Shown here piece by piece: positions 9,782 through 17,613 of a stretch of 27,876 bases of DNA (within the stretch, counting starts at the first letter, position 1; every line of letters begins with the position of its first letter). The notes beneath the pieces are model-generated. The model worked only from the letters and a program-made list of their open reading frames with translations. It had not been told where the DNA came from and did not search any database. A program made the position numbers and the translations under genes. This DNA is from Acidobacterium sp. (lineage in GTDB: Bacteria; Acidobacteriota; Terriglobia; Terriglobales; Acidobacteriaceae), in contig DAHVZZ010000347.1 of the NCBI GenBank assembly GCA_027323785.1, positions 1-27,876 on the forward strand, in the 5' to 3' direction.

Positions 9782-9881
9782 TACCTTCCTCACCGGCCAG
9801 TTGCGGACACACATGTACTTGCCGTCCTGCCGGATGGCTCTGCACATCGGCGCCCCTTTTCGGTGCCCTTGTCTTCTTAAA

Positions 9882-9906
9882 GCGGGTCTGGAAGGGATTC
9901 GTTACA
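9882..9906 (-). promoter_or_regulatory. Candidate ECF-type promoter upstream of tolC
   Basis: Minus strand TGTAAC-N14-CCCGCTTT. The hexamer overlaps the sigma gene stop codon (CTG TAA C). Motif match only. Confidence 0.3.
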
Positions 9907-10774
9907 GGATTGCGGAAGAATTTTTTATGAGCCGCAGATACTCTTCCGTCAGCAGCCGCCGCAGCACCGGCGGAGCCGCCGCATCCGGGCACACTTCGAG
10001 CGACCGGCACCGGTCGATGGCCTGCTTCAGATCGCGAATGAATGCAACGCACGCCGGGCATCCCTCAATGTGCCGCCGCATCGCATCGCAGGTTTTCGGC
10101 TGCAGCTTGCCGTCCAGATAATCGGACAGGTTGGAAAAGATCTCGCGGCACTCAGCCGAGCGCTGCACAGGCTTTTTCCTGCCTTTCGGCCTCTTCTGCT
10201 CCTCATCGAGGACGCGCCCCATCTCCTGCCGGACCATCAGCCTGGCCCGATGCAGCCGCACGCGCACGGTAGCCGCCTGCAGGGACAGCACTCGCGCCAC
10301 CGTCTCCGTGTCCAGTTCCTCCATGTCGTGCAGCACCAGCACCAGCCGGTAGGGAACCGGCAGCCGAAGAACTGCCTCGTGCAGCATCCGGCGGTCCTGC
10401 CGGCTGGCCGCCTCCTTCTCCGGATTGGCTCCCGGATCAGCCAGCAGCAGCTCGTTGAGCTCCGTGTCGCTCGGCAGTAGATCCTCAAGAGCAATGGCTC
10501 GCCGATAGGAAGCCTTGCTCCGGTTGCGCAGGCATCGATTACGCGCCGCCGTATACAGCCACGCGCTCAGGGCCTTGGGGTCTTCCAGCTTCGCCAGATG
10601 CGGCAGCGAATGAAAAAGTACTTCCTGAACAGTGTCTTCCGCGTCCTCCCGATGCCCGCATACCTTCATACCGAACGACAGCACCGTTCGATGCAGCAAT
10701 TGCAGGGCGCGATCGATACTCTCAGCGTCGGACTTCCGCAGCAGCTCGATAGCCTGTCGCAGTTCAGGGCGCAC
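9902..10774 (-). CDS. ECF sigma-70 factor with fused C-terminal zf-HC2/ZAS domain
   Basis: Region 2 (DAEDTVQEVL, LSAWLYTAARNRC), region 4 (LPVPYRLVLVLHDMEELDTETVARVL, TVRVRLHRAR), then CREIFSNLSDYLDG..HIEGCPAC. Start GTG 10774 (MRPEL) preferred over TTG 10828. Confidence 0.9.
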   Translation of the reverse strand: MRPELRQAIELLRKSDAESIDRALQLLHRTVLSFGMKVCGHREDAEDTVQEVLFHSLPHLAKLEDPKALSAWLYTAARNRCLRNRSKASYRRAIALEDLLPSDTELNELLLADPGANPEKEAASRQDRRMLHEAVLRLPVPYRLVLVLHDMEELDTETVARVLSLQAATVRVRLHRARLMVRQEMGRVLDEEQKRPKGRKKPVQRSAECREIFSNLSDYLDGKLQPKTCDAMRRHIEGCPACVAFIRDLKQAIDRCRSLEVCPDAAAPPVLRRLLTEEYLRLIKNSSAIL

Positions 10775-10948
10775 GGGTTCAGCATTCCATCCGGAAAAGT
10801 CTCTGGCCCCATTGTAGACGGCCCGCAAGCTGACCCCAGGTTTCGGTCACTCCTCCTCGCATCCTCCGCCGCTCCGGCAATTACTGTCGATTCTGTAGTT
10901 TGCCCGAAACCCTCGACCCTCACCCTGCGTCGGCGTACTTTAGTGGGC

Positions 10949-13195
10949 ATGTCGCGGATCGCTCAGCTCATCCTCGCCCTCATCGTCGGTCTGGTGCTTC
11001 TCACCTGGGCCGCTTCGGGCGTGGTTGAGACCACGGCCCGCGAATGGTTCGAGCGCGACGTCAATTCCCGGGCCCGCCTGGTCCTCACCAGTGCCGGGCA
11101 ATCGCTCGCTCGTTCCTGGTATGAGCCGAAGGAACTACAGGCTCAGTTGCTGGCTATCACCCGCGACGAGCGCATTATTGGGGTGACCGCCTGCGATGCC
11201 GACCTCTCCGTCCGCTCCAGCACTCCCGGTTTCCCCAGCGAGTTCAACTGCGTGGAAGTGGGCTCCCGCATTCGCAGCGGCGAATCCTCGGCAGGCGACC
11301 CCAGCTATCCGTTCCATGGGTGGAGCACCGTTGCCTCCCTCCCCACCGGCCGTGTTCAGGTCAACGCCATGCCGGTCTTCGATCAGGGGCGTCAGCTCGG
11401 TTTCGTCATCCTCGTTCAGGATCTCAGCTACATCCGGCAGCGCGAATCCAGAGCCCGCAACTTTCTCATCATTATCTTCATCATCCTCGCCATCACCGCG
11501 TTCGGCGTTCCCATCGTCGTCGCCCGGCGTGCCCGCCAGGAGTGGAGCCTCGAGCTCCGCCGCCTGTTGCGCGGCGGCGGCCGCAAAAGCCGCGAGTTCC
11601 AGCCCATCCTCAGCGACATGCGCGAGCTCCTCTGGCGTATGTCCTCCGAACAGGAAGATGCTCCCGGCCAGTGGACCGCCGCCAGCCTCAGACAAACCCT
11701 CAACCTGCATCTTCACGGCGAAAAGGTCGTCATCCTCGCCAACCGCGAGCCCTACATGCATCAGCGCCTCGCCAACGGCGAGATCGAAGTGCAGCATCCC
11801 GCCAGCGGACTCGTAACCGCTCTCGAACCGGTCCTGCGTGCCTGCTCCGGCGTCTGGGTCGCCCACGGCAGCGGCACCGCCGATCGCGAGACCGTCGACC
11901 GTGGTGACCACGTCAGCGTCCCTCCCGGCGAGGAATCCTACCGCATCCGGCGCGTCTGGCTCACTGAGGACGAGCAGCAGGGCTACTACTACGGCTTTTC
12001 AAACGAGGGCATGTGGCCTCTCTGCCACGTTGCTCACGCCCGCCCCATCTTCCGCGTCGAGGACTGGCACCACTACCAGTCGGTCAACCAGCGCTTCGCC
12101 GACGTCGTCTGCGAGGAGGTCGATTCCTCCGATCCAATCATCCTCGTGCAGGATTATCACTTTGCCCTCGCGCCCGCCATGATCCGCAAACGCCTCCCTT
12201 CAGCCACCGTCATCATGTTCTGGCACATTCCCTGGCCCAATGCCGAACGCATGGGAATCTGCCCCTGGCGCAATGAGGTGCTGCAGGGCTTGCTCGGCAG
12301 CAGCATTCTCGGCTTCCACACCCGGCTCCACTGCAACAACTTTCTCGACTCCGTTGACCGCTATCTGGAAACCCGCATCGATCGCGAAAACAACGCCGTC
12401 GTGATGCAGGGCCACAGCACTCTTATCCGCCCTTACCCCATCGCCATCGAGTGGCCCAATCGCTGGGTCGAAACTTCCCCCAGCCCTGAAGACTGCCGCG
12501 CCCGGGTGTTCCGCGACCTCGGCCTCAGCTCTCACGCCCTCCTCGGCGTCGGTGTCGATCGCCTCGATTACACCAAGGGCGTCGAAGAGCGTCTGCTCGC
12601 CGTCGAACGCCTGCTCGAGCGGTTTCCGGAATTCCGCGGGCGCTTCAGCTTTGTTCAGCTTGCTGCTCCCAGCCGCACGCGGATCCAGCGCTATCAGGAC
12701 CTCAATGACGCCGTCGAAGCCATGGCCGCCCGCATCAATCAGCGCTTTGGACAGGATGGCTACTCGCCCATCATCCTGCTCCGCTCCCACCATGAGCCGC
12801 CCGAGGTCTTTCGCTACTTCCGTGCGGCCGACCTATGCTACGTAAGCAGCCTCCACGATGGCATGAATCTCGTCGCCAAGGAGTTTGTTGCCGCGCGCAC
12901 CGACCTCCGCGGAGTCCTCATCCTCAGCGAATTTACCGGCGCAGCTCGCGAACTCACCGAAGCGCTCATCGTCAACCCCTACGACTTCGAGGGCGCCAGC
13001 GAGGCGCTTGCGACCGCTCTCAAAATGCCCCGCGAAGAGCAGCAGGACCGTATGCGCTCCATGCGCGCCGTCCTCGCCCAGTTCAACATCTATCGCTGGG
13101 CGGGCAAAATGCTGGTGGACGCCGCCCGGCTCCGCAATCAGGAGCGTGTTGCCGAAAGGCTCGCCGAGCGCTCGCCGGCCTCGCCCTCCGCATAG
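10949..13195 (+). CDS. otsA: Trehalose-6-phosphate synthase (GT20) with N-terminal TM-extracytoplasmic-TM module
   Basis: GT20 motifs [56 protein letters not shown]. Preceded by about 250 aa containing two hydrophobic helices. ATG 10949 avoids overlap with the ECF gene. Confidence 0.9.
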   Translation: MSRIAQLILALIVGLVLLTWAASGVVETTAREWFERDVNSRARLVLTSAGQSLARSWYEPKELQAQLLAITRDERIIGVTACDADLSVRSSTPGFPSEFNCVEVGSRIRSGESSAGDPSYPFHGWSTVASLPTGRVQVNAMPVFDQGRQLGFVILVQDLSYIRQRESRARNFLIIIFIILAITAFGVPIVVARRARQEWSLELRRLLRGGGRKSREFQPILSDMRELLWRMSSEQEDAPGQWTAASLRQTLNLHLHGEKVVILANREPYMHQRLANGEIEVQHPASGLVTALEPVLRACSGVWVAHGSGTADRETVDRGDHVSVPPGEESYRIRRVWLTEDEQQGYYYGFSNEGMWPLCHVAHARPIFRVEDWHHYQSVNQRFADVVCEEVDSSDPIILVQDYHFALAPAMIRKRLPSATVIMFWHIPWPNAERMGICPWRNEVLQGLLGSSILGFHTRLHCNNFLDSVDRYLETRIDRENNAVVMQGHSTLIRPYPIAIEWPNRWVETSPSPEDCRARVFRDLGLSSHALLGVGVDRLDYTKGVEERLLAVERLLERFPEFRGRFSFVQLAAPSRTRIQRYQDLNDAVEAMAARINQRFGQDGYSPIILLRSHHEPPEVFRYFRAADLCYVSSLHDGMNLVAKEFVAARTDLRGVLILSEFTGAARELTEALIVNPYDFEGASEALATALKMPREEQQDRMRSMRAVLAQFNIYRWAGKMLVDAARLRNQERVAERLAERSPASPSA

Positions 13196-13282
13196 GCCCG
13201 CCGAACTGCGAGCCGCGGTTACCAGCCCCATCCGCGCAGCCGGCCTATCCATCTCCCATCGGACCCGGGAATATCGGCTCTC

Positions 13283-13322
13283 CGTCCAGATTTTCTGACC
13301 ATTGCGTCCAACTTCTGGACGC
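13283..13322 (+). promoter_or_regulatory. Candidate tandem upstream activator sites
   Basis: Perfect dyad GCGTCCA-N5-TGGACGC (13304-13322) plus a second CGTCCA half-site 22 bp upstream (13283-13288), 60-100 bp upstream of a -24/-12 motif. Confidence 0.35.
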
Positions 13323-13381
13323 CCTGCGCCGCAATCCACCCCCCTGTTTCCTGCAAGTTACGAAAAATGGCCTTCCCGATT

Positions 13382-13397
13382 TGGCGATTGGATTGCG
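13382..13397 (+). promoter_or_regulatory. Candidate sigma54 (-24/-12) promoter
   Basis: TGGCGATTGGATTGCG: GG (13383-84), N10, GC (13395-96), with TGGC and TTGC cores, about 100 bp upstream of the response regulator start. Confidence 0.45.
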
Positions 13398-13498
13398 AAC
13401 GGGAAGGCGGGCATTACCCAAAGCGATGTTTGGACCTCGCAGTACTGGACCGCTCGTACTGCTCACGCAAGCAACAGCTACTTGAGGAGAATAATCCT

Positions 13499-14332
13499 GT
13501 GAGCCTCCCAGCGATCGATCAGCATTTGAATTACGCCTCCGGCTTAAAACCCGCCCCCGGCCAACCCTCTCGCCTCTTTCTCCAGGAGCACCGGCAGGCG
13601 GTTCGCGTCGTCATCGCCGGCGGATATTCGATCTCCCGAGACGGCCTGCGCGAGCTGCTCAAAACCTCGGCCGAGATGCACGTCGTTGGCGAGGCTCCGG
13701 ATGGCGAAACCGCCCTGCGCATGGTCGATAGCTGCAGACCCGATGTCCTCGTGCTCGATCTTCCCATCCCCGGCCGCAGTGACAAGGAAATTCTCCGCGA
13801 AATTGCCGCTCGCTCCCTAGCCGTGCGCGTTCTCGTGCTGGCTCCGGTTCTCGACAGGCAGGAGATCCTCGCCGCGATTCAGCTGGGAGCCCGTGGCGTG
13901 GTATTGAAAAGCTCCGCCTCCACCCAGATGCTCTTCGAGGGGATCCGCAGGATCATGGCCGGACACTACTGGATCGGGCAGCAGGATGTCTCGACCCTGA
14001 TCGAAGTCCTCAAAAAAGCCCCATCCGAGCAGAATCCTCCCGCACCGCTCCGTCCCTATGGCCTCACGCCTCGTGAATTCGAGATCATCCCTCTCGTCGT
14101 CAGAGGCTATTCCAACGCCGAAATCGCGGAGACGCTCTCCATCAGCATCCAGACCGTCAAGCACCACTTCAGCCACATCTTCGACAAGCTCGGTGTCTAC
14201 AACCGTCTGGAGCTCGCCCTCTTTGCCATCAATCATCGCATCGTCGGAGAGAAGAGGCCATCCAGGTCCTGCCCTCCGAATGCGCCTGAGAGCGCATCTC
14301 CCTCAGTGCAGCCGATGGCACGCACCTCCTGA
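13499..14332 (+). CDS. NarL/FixJ-family response regulator (REC + LuxR HTH) with atypical receiver
   Basis: VVGEAPDG, PDVLVLDL, GARGVVLK, LTPREFEIIPLVVRGYSNAEIA..ISIQTVKHHFSHIFDKLGV. GTG 13499 follows RBS GAGGAG. Confidence 0.9.
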   Translation: MSLPAIDQHLNYASGLKPAPGQPSRLFLQEHRQAVRVVIAGGYSISRDGLRELLKTSAEMHVVGEAPDGETALRMVDSCRPDVLVLDLPIPGRSDKEILREIAARSLAVRVLVLAPVLDRQEILAAIQLGARGVVLKSSASTQMLFEGIRRIMAGHYWIGQQDVSTLIEVLKKAPSEQNPPAPLRPYGLTPREFEIIPLVVRGYSNAEIAETLSISIQTVKHHFSHIFDKLGVYNRLELALFAINHRIVGEKRPSRSCPPNAPESASPSVQPMARTS

Positions 14333-14473
14333 AGGCGCGCCAGGTGTCCGGACGTTGCTTCGCAGCCGAACGGAGGCCGTCCGCGCCACCTCCCCCTGGC
14401 CGGTTCGCCTGATTCCCTCGATTCCGCTACCGGCTGTCATCGCCATTCCGCGCAGCCGCCCTGGCCTGTTTCC

Positions 14474-15826
14474 TTACCTGGAATTGGGCAGCCGCTCGTC
14501 TGCAAAAGGCTGGCCAGCCTCCGGCGACCCACTGCCCCCGCCCGTCCACAGCGTCATCGTGAAGGCGACCCGGCCTTCCTCGTTCCGGCTCACCCACAGG
14601 TCGCCACCGTGCGATCGCGCCACCGCTCGGGCGATGGCAAGGCCCAGCCCTGTTCCCGTCGGCTTCGTTGTAAAAAACGGCTCGAATATGCGCCCCAGCT
14701 GGCTGGCCGGAATGGCCGGCCCCGTGTTCTCAATGTCGATCCGCACGGAGCCGTCCTCCATTTCCGCGCCAATCCTGATCGCGCCCCGCGCCGGCGTCGC
14801 ATCCGCCGCATTCAGCGCCAGATTCAGCAGCGCGCCCTCCACTTGCGACGCATCCACCGATATCGTGATATCGTCCCTCGTGAAACACTCCACCTGAACC
14901 TCCTGCCCCGCCGTCCGCATGCGAACCGCGCTCTCCACCGCCGTGAGCAGGTCGCCGATCAGCGTCGGTGTTCGATGCGGAATCCTCGGCCGCGCATACG
15001 TCAGAAAATCCGTCGTCAGCGACTCCAGACGCCCCGCCTGCCGCCCGGCGATCGCAAACATCTCCTCTCTCTCCCTGGCCGGAGTGGACGCATCCGCCGC
15101 CGTGCTCAGCGCGCTCAGGATCATCGCCACTGGATTCCGGATCTCATGGGCAATCCCGCTGGCCAGCCGCCCAACCGCCGCCAGCTTCTCTTCGCTCACC
15201 AGCTGCTCCCGCGCGCTGTGCAGGTCCACCAGCGCGCTCGATAGGTGGCTCTGCTTGCCGCGCAGCTGCGAGACCAGAAACCACACCAGCGTTCCCATCA
15301 GCGCGAAGATGATCGCCAGCATTCCCGCTTCCAGATACTCGGATCTCGAAGCCGGAGGATGCAGCGTAAAGTAATGCCACAGCCACAGGAAGATTCCCGC
15401 ATCCGCGGCCACAATCGTGGAGATCGTGACCCTCAGCCCAAACAGAAAGGCGGATTGAAGAACCGGAATCGCGAGCAGGACCTGATAGGGGCTGTGATCC
15501 TGATTCGTCAGCCACGCCAGCAGCGCTGCCAGCGCAAACAGCATCAGGATCGAGGCCGCTCCGTCCCACTTCGCAGCCCTGTCGCTGAGCGGAGCTGTGC
15601 TGCTTTGCAGCCAGGTCAGCTCTGCCAGCCGGACCACAAAGCTCAGTCCCAGCACCAGCAGCACCGCCATCGAAGGCTGCCCCAGCACAAACGCAAAAAG
15701 CGAGTGCAGCAGCAGCAGCATCGCCAGCACGAACAGCGTCAGAATACAAAATGCGGTTTGCTGTTTTCGCAGATCCTCGGCATGCTCCGTCGGCATCGCC
15801 CCTGCGTGAATGCTCTTACTCTCCAC
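14474..15826 (-). CDS. Membrane-bound sensor histidine kinase (HisKA + HATPase_c, NtrB-like)
   Basis: Multi-TM N-terminus; H box AHEIRNP, N box LLNLALNA, ENTGPAI, FEPFFTTKPTGTGLGL. Alternative ATG at 15796. Confidence 0.92.
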   Translation of the reverse strand: MESKSIHAGAMPTEHAEDLRKQQTAFCILTLFVLAMLLLLHSLFAFVLGQPSMAVLLVLGLSFVVRLAELTWLQSSTAPLSDRAAKWDGAASILMLFALAALLAWLTNQDHSPYQVLLAIPVLQSAFLFGLRVTISTIVAADAGIFLWLWHYFTLHPPASRSEYLEAGMLAIIFALMGTLVWFLVSQLRGKQSHLSSALVDLHSAREQLVSEEKLAAVGRLASGIAHEIRNPVAMILSALSTAADASTPAREREEMFAIAGRQAGRLESLTTDFLTYARPRIPHRTPTLIGDLLTAVESAVRMRTAGQEVQVECFTRDDITISVDASQVEGALLNLALNAADATPARGAIRIGAEMEDGSVRIDIENTGPAIPASQLGRIFEPFFTTKPTGTGLGLAIARAVARSHGGDLWVSRNEEGRVAFTMTLWTGGGSGSPEAGQPFADERLPNSR

Positions 15827-15992
15827 CGTCCATCGTCCCTGCGCGCTTGCTCCGGGCTCGCATCGCGTTCATGCCGCGCAACATCCTGGCACAGAACCCG
15901 CGCAGTCGCGCTGCTGGCATTATCTCCCTTCGGGCTCCGCCCGCGCGCCTGCAAATGCGAATCGAATCGTTCCCGGTACGGTTACCTTCGTG

Positions 15993-16514
15993 CTAGCTCC
16001 CCGCGCCGCCGCAGGGGCGCTCTGCCGGCGTGGTGATCGCGCTGTTGCCCGTGGGATGCGCCAGTTCCGTGCCCGCCTGCGCCGCGTTGACCAGCAGAGT
16101 CGCACCCGCGAAATAGAGCAGCAGAAAGCAGACCGGCAGCACCGTCGAAAGCAGCCGGCTCTGCTGGTGCAGCACCACAGGGATCAGCAGAACCCCGACG
16201 TAGATCGCAAGCAGCATGACAAATGTGCCCCTCGTTTCCATCGCCAGCCGCTGGTGCGTCTCCAGCAGAGACGGAGTCTCCCCGTGAAACATTGCTCCGG
16301 CCGCCGCTTCGCCGCTGGGTACAGCGATAAACAGGCTCGCCGTTCCCAGCGCCATCAGAACCAGCGCCGTCACCATCCACGGCCGCGCCTTGAGTGGAGG
16401 CATCGCCGCGCCAATCGCAATGAACAGCGGCGCTATCAGCAGCAGGCCGATGGGGAAATGAATGATGATCGGGTGCATGGCATGCCATGCAGGAATATAG
16501 AGAGCTTGTTCCAT
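15993..16514 (-). CDS. DUF2231-type membrane protein
   Basis: HPIIIHFPIGLL motif, four hydrophobic segments, SGEAAA, ETHQRLA, GTELAH. ATG 16514 has RBS AAGGGA. Confidence 0.8.
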   Translation of the reverse strand: MEQALYIPAWHAMHPIIIHFPIGLLLIAPLFIAIGAAMPPLKARPWMVTALVLMALGTASLFIAVPSGEAAAGAMFHGETPSLLETHQRLAMETRGTFVMLLAIYVGVLLIPVVLHQQSRLLSTVLPVCFLLLYFAGATLLVNAAQAGTELAHPTGNSAITTPAERPCGGAGS

Positions 16515-16567
16515 CGTCGAATTCCCTTGCGGTTGCTCCGGTTCCCGCAGCCGCCGTTCACCTCGAT

Positions 16568-17266
16568 CTACGAAACCGCCTCGAATTGCTTCTTCGGCGT
16601 GAAACACGATGGGCAATAGGCGAACGCTGCTTTATCTGCCACATACCCGCACACCGGGCACACATAGAAGGCCCGATGACCCGACCCTTTCAGTTCCTCC
16701 AGTCCTGCCAGAGCCTGCCGAAACAAATATGCCCGTTCGGCGCTGGCTTCCTTCGCCAGGCTGAAGCTTCTTATCGCACCGGCGGCTCCGTCCTTCTCCG
16801 CCTGATGCAGGAGTTCCGGATACAGCTTGTCGTGCTCCCATGCCTCGGTCCGGATCGCTGCCTCCAGGTTCTCGCGCGTCGTGCCCACCGCCATTTCTTT
16901 CAGGGTGCCCGGCGTCACCCGTTTCGGTCCCCCGGAAGCCGAAAGGTGATTGCGCTCCTCGATTGAATCCGAACGCGCCGCCGCCCGGAACAGGCTTGCC
17001 ACGGCGCCATATCCTTCCCGATCCGCCTGTTGAGCGCAGAGCAGATATCGCGCATGCCCCGCCATCTCCGCCCTCGCTGCGGTCCTCAGGTTTTCCTGCG
17101 TATTCGCCGCACGTGTCGCTGGAGTCGCGAGCAGGCTTGCCGCAATGGCTGTCATTCCAATCTGAATCCACCGGAATCGTCTGCGCCCGGCCACCTGCGG
17201 ACCTTTCGCGGGGGAGATCCTGCTGGTATCGCCCCCTGAGGACCTACCTCGCACATCAGGGGCCAT
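16568..17266 (-). CDS. Rubrerythrin-family protein with N-terminal signal peptide and C-terminal rubredoxin-like domain; di-iron motifs degenerate
   Basis: TQENLRTA..E, EGYGAVASLFRAAA, TTRENLEAAI..E..E..LYP, CPVCGY..CPSC. N-terminus GRRRF followed by a hydrophobic stretch and TRA-A. Confidence 0.85.
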   Translation of the reverse strand: MAPDVRGRSSGGDTSRISPAKGPQVAGRRRFRWIQIGMTAIAASLLATPATRAANTQENLRTAARAEMAGHARYLLCAQQADREGYGAVASLFRAAARSDSIEERNHLSASGGPKRVTPGTLKEMAVGTTRENLEAAIRTEAWEHDKLYPELLHQAEKDGAAGAIRSFSLAKEASAERAYLFRQALAGLEELKGSGHRAFYVCPVCGYVADKAAFAYCPSCFTPKKQFEAVS

Positions 17267-17613
17267 TCCTCTCCGCCTTTCCAGGCTTTGTACTCACATC
17301 GCCTTCTTTTCCGTGATACCGATTTGTCCAGGTCCCAGGACAGGCCTGTCGCAATTTCTCGACATTCCCATGCCCATCGGCGCTTCCGTCGGCTCTTTCC
17401 GCAGGGGAGCCGCTGAACATCTTTTGGCAGGCGGCGTGCAGCTTCGCCGCTGTCTCTCGGCGAGAGCCTCCTGACGGATGTCACTGGCCGGGTGCGACAC
17501 ACGGTTGTGACGGATGACTGGAGACTTCGCGTCGACGGCAGGCAGTCAGGGGATGCGCGGCGCTTCCGGATCGCTGTGCCGAACCGCAGCCTATCTTGCA
17601 GGGGATCAGAAGT

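Noticed and set aside
9782-9847. Cys-containing 22-aa extension (MCRAIRQDGKYMCVRNWPVRKV) on TolC
   Set aside because: ATG 9781 has a strong RBS and gives a normal signal peptide; the extension is more simply 5' UTR.
10810-10845. GAAAC...CGTC as an autoregulatory ECF promoter for the sigma gene
   Set aside because: The 19-nt spacer is too long and it does not match the TGTAAC motif seen before tolC and osmC.
10598-10948. 117-aa N-terminal extension of the membrane TPS in the ORF track
   Set aside because: Overlaps the ECF sigma gene on the opposite strand and the divergent promoter gap. The hydrophobic TM1 begins right after ATG 10949.
13367-13498. Longer start for the response regulator
   Set aside because: No RBS and it overlaps the candidate promoter; GTG 13499 follows GAGGAG.
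15880-15905. TGGCAC hexamer as a sigma54 site near the kinase gene
   Set aside because: No GC at the -12 position on either strand, and it is on the wrong strand for the downstream gene.
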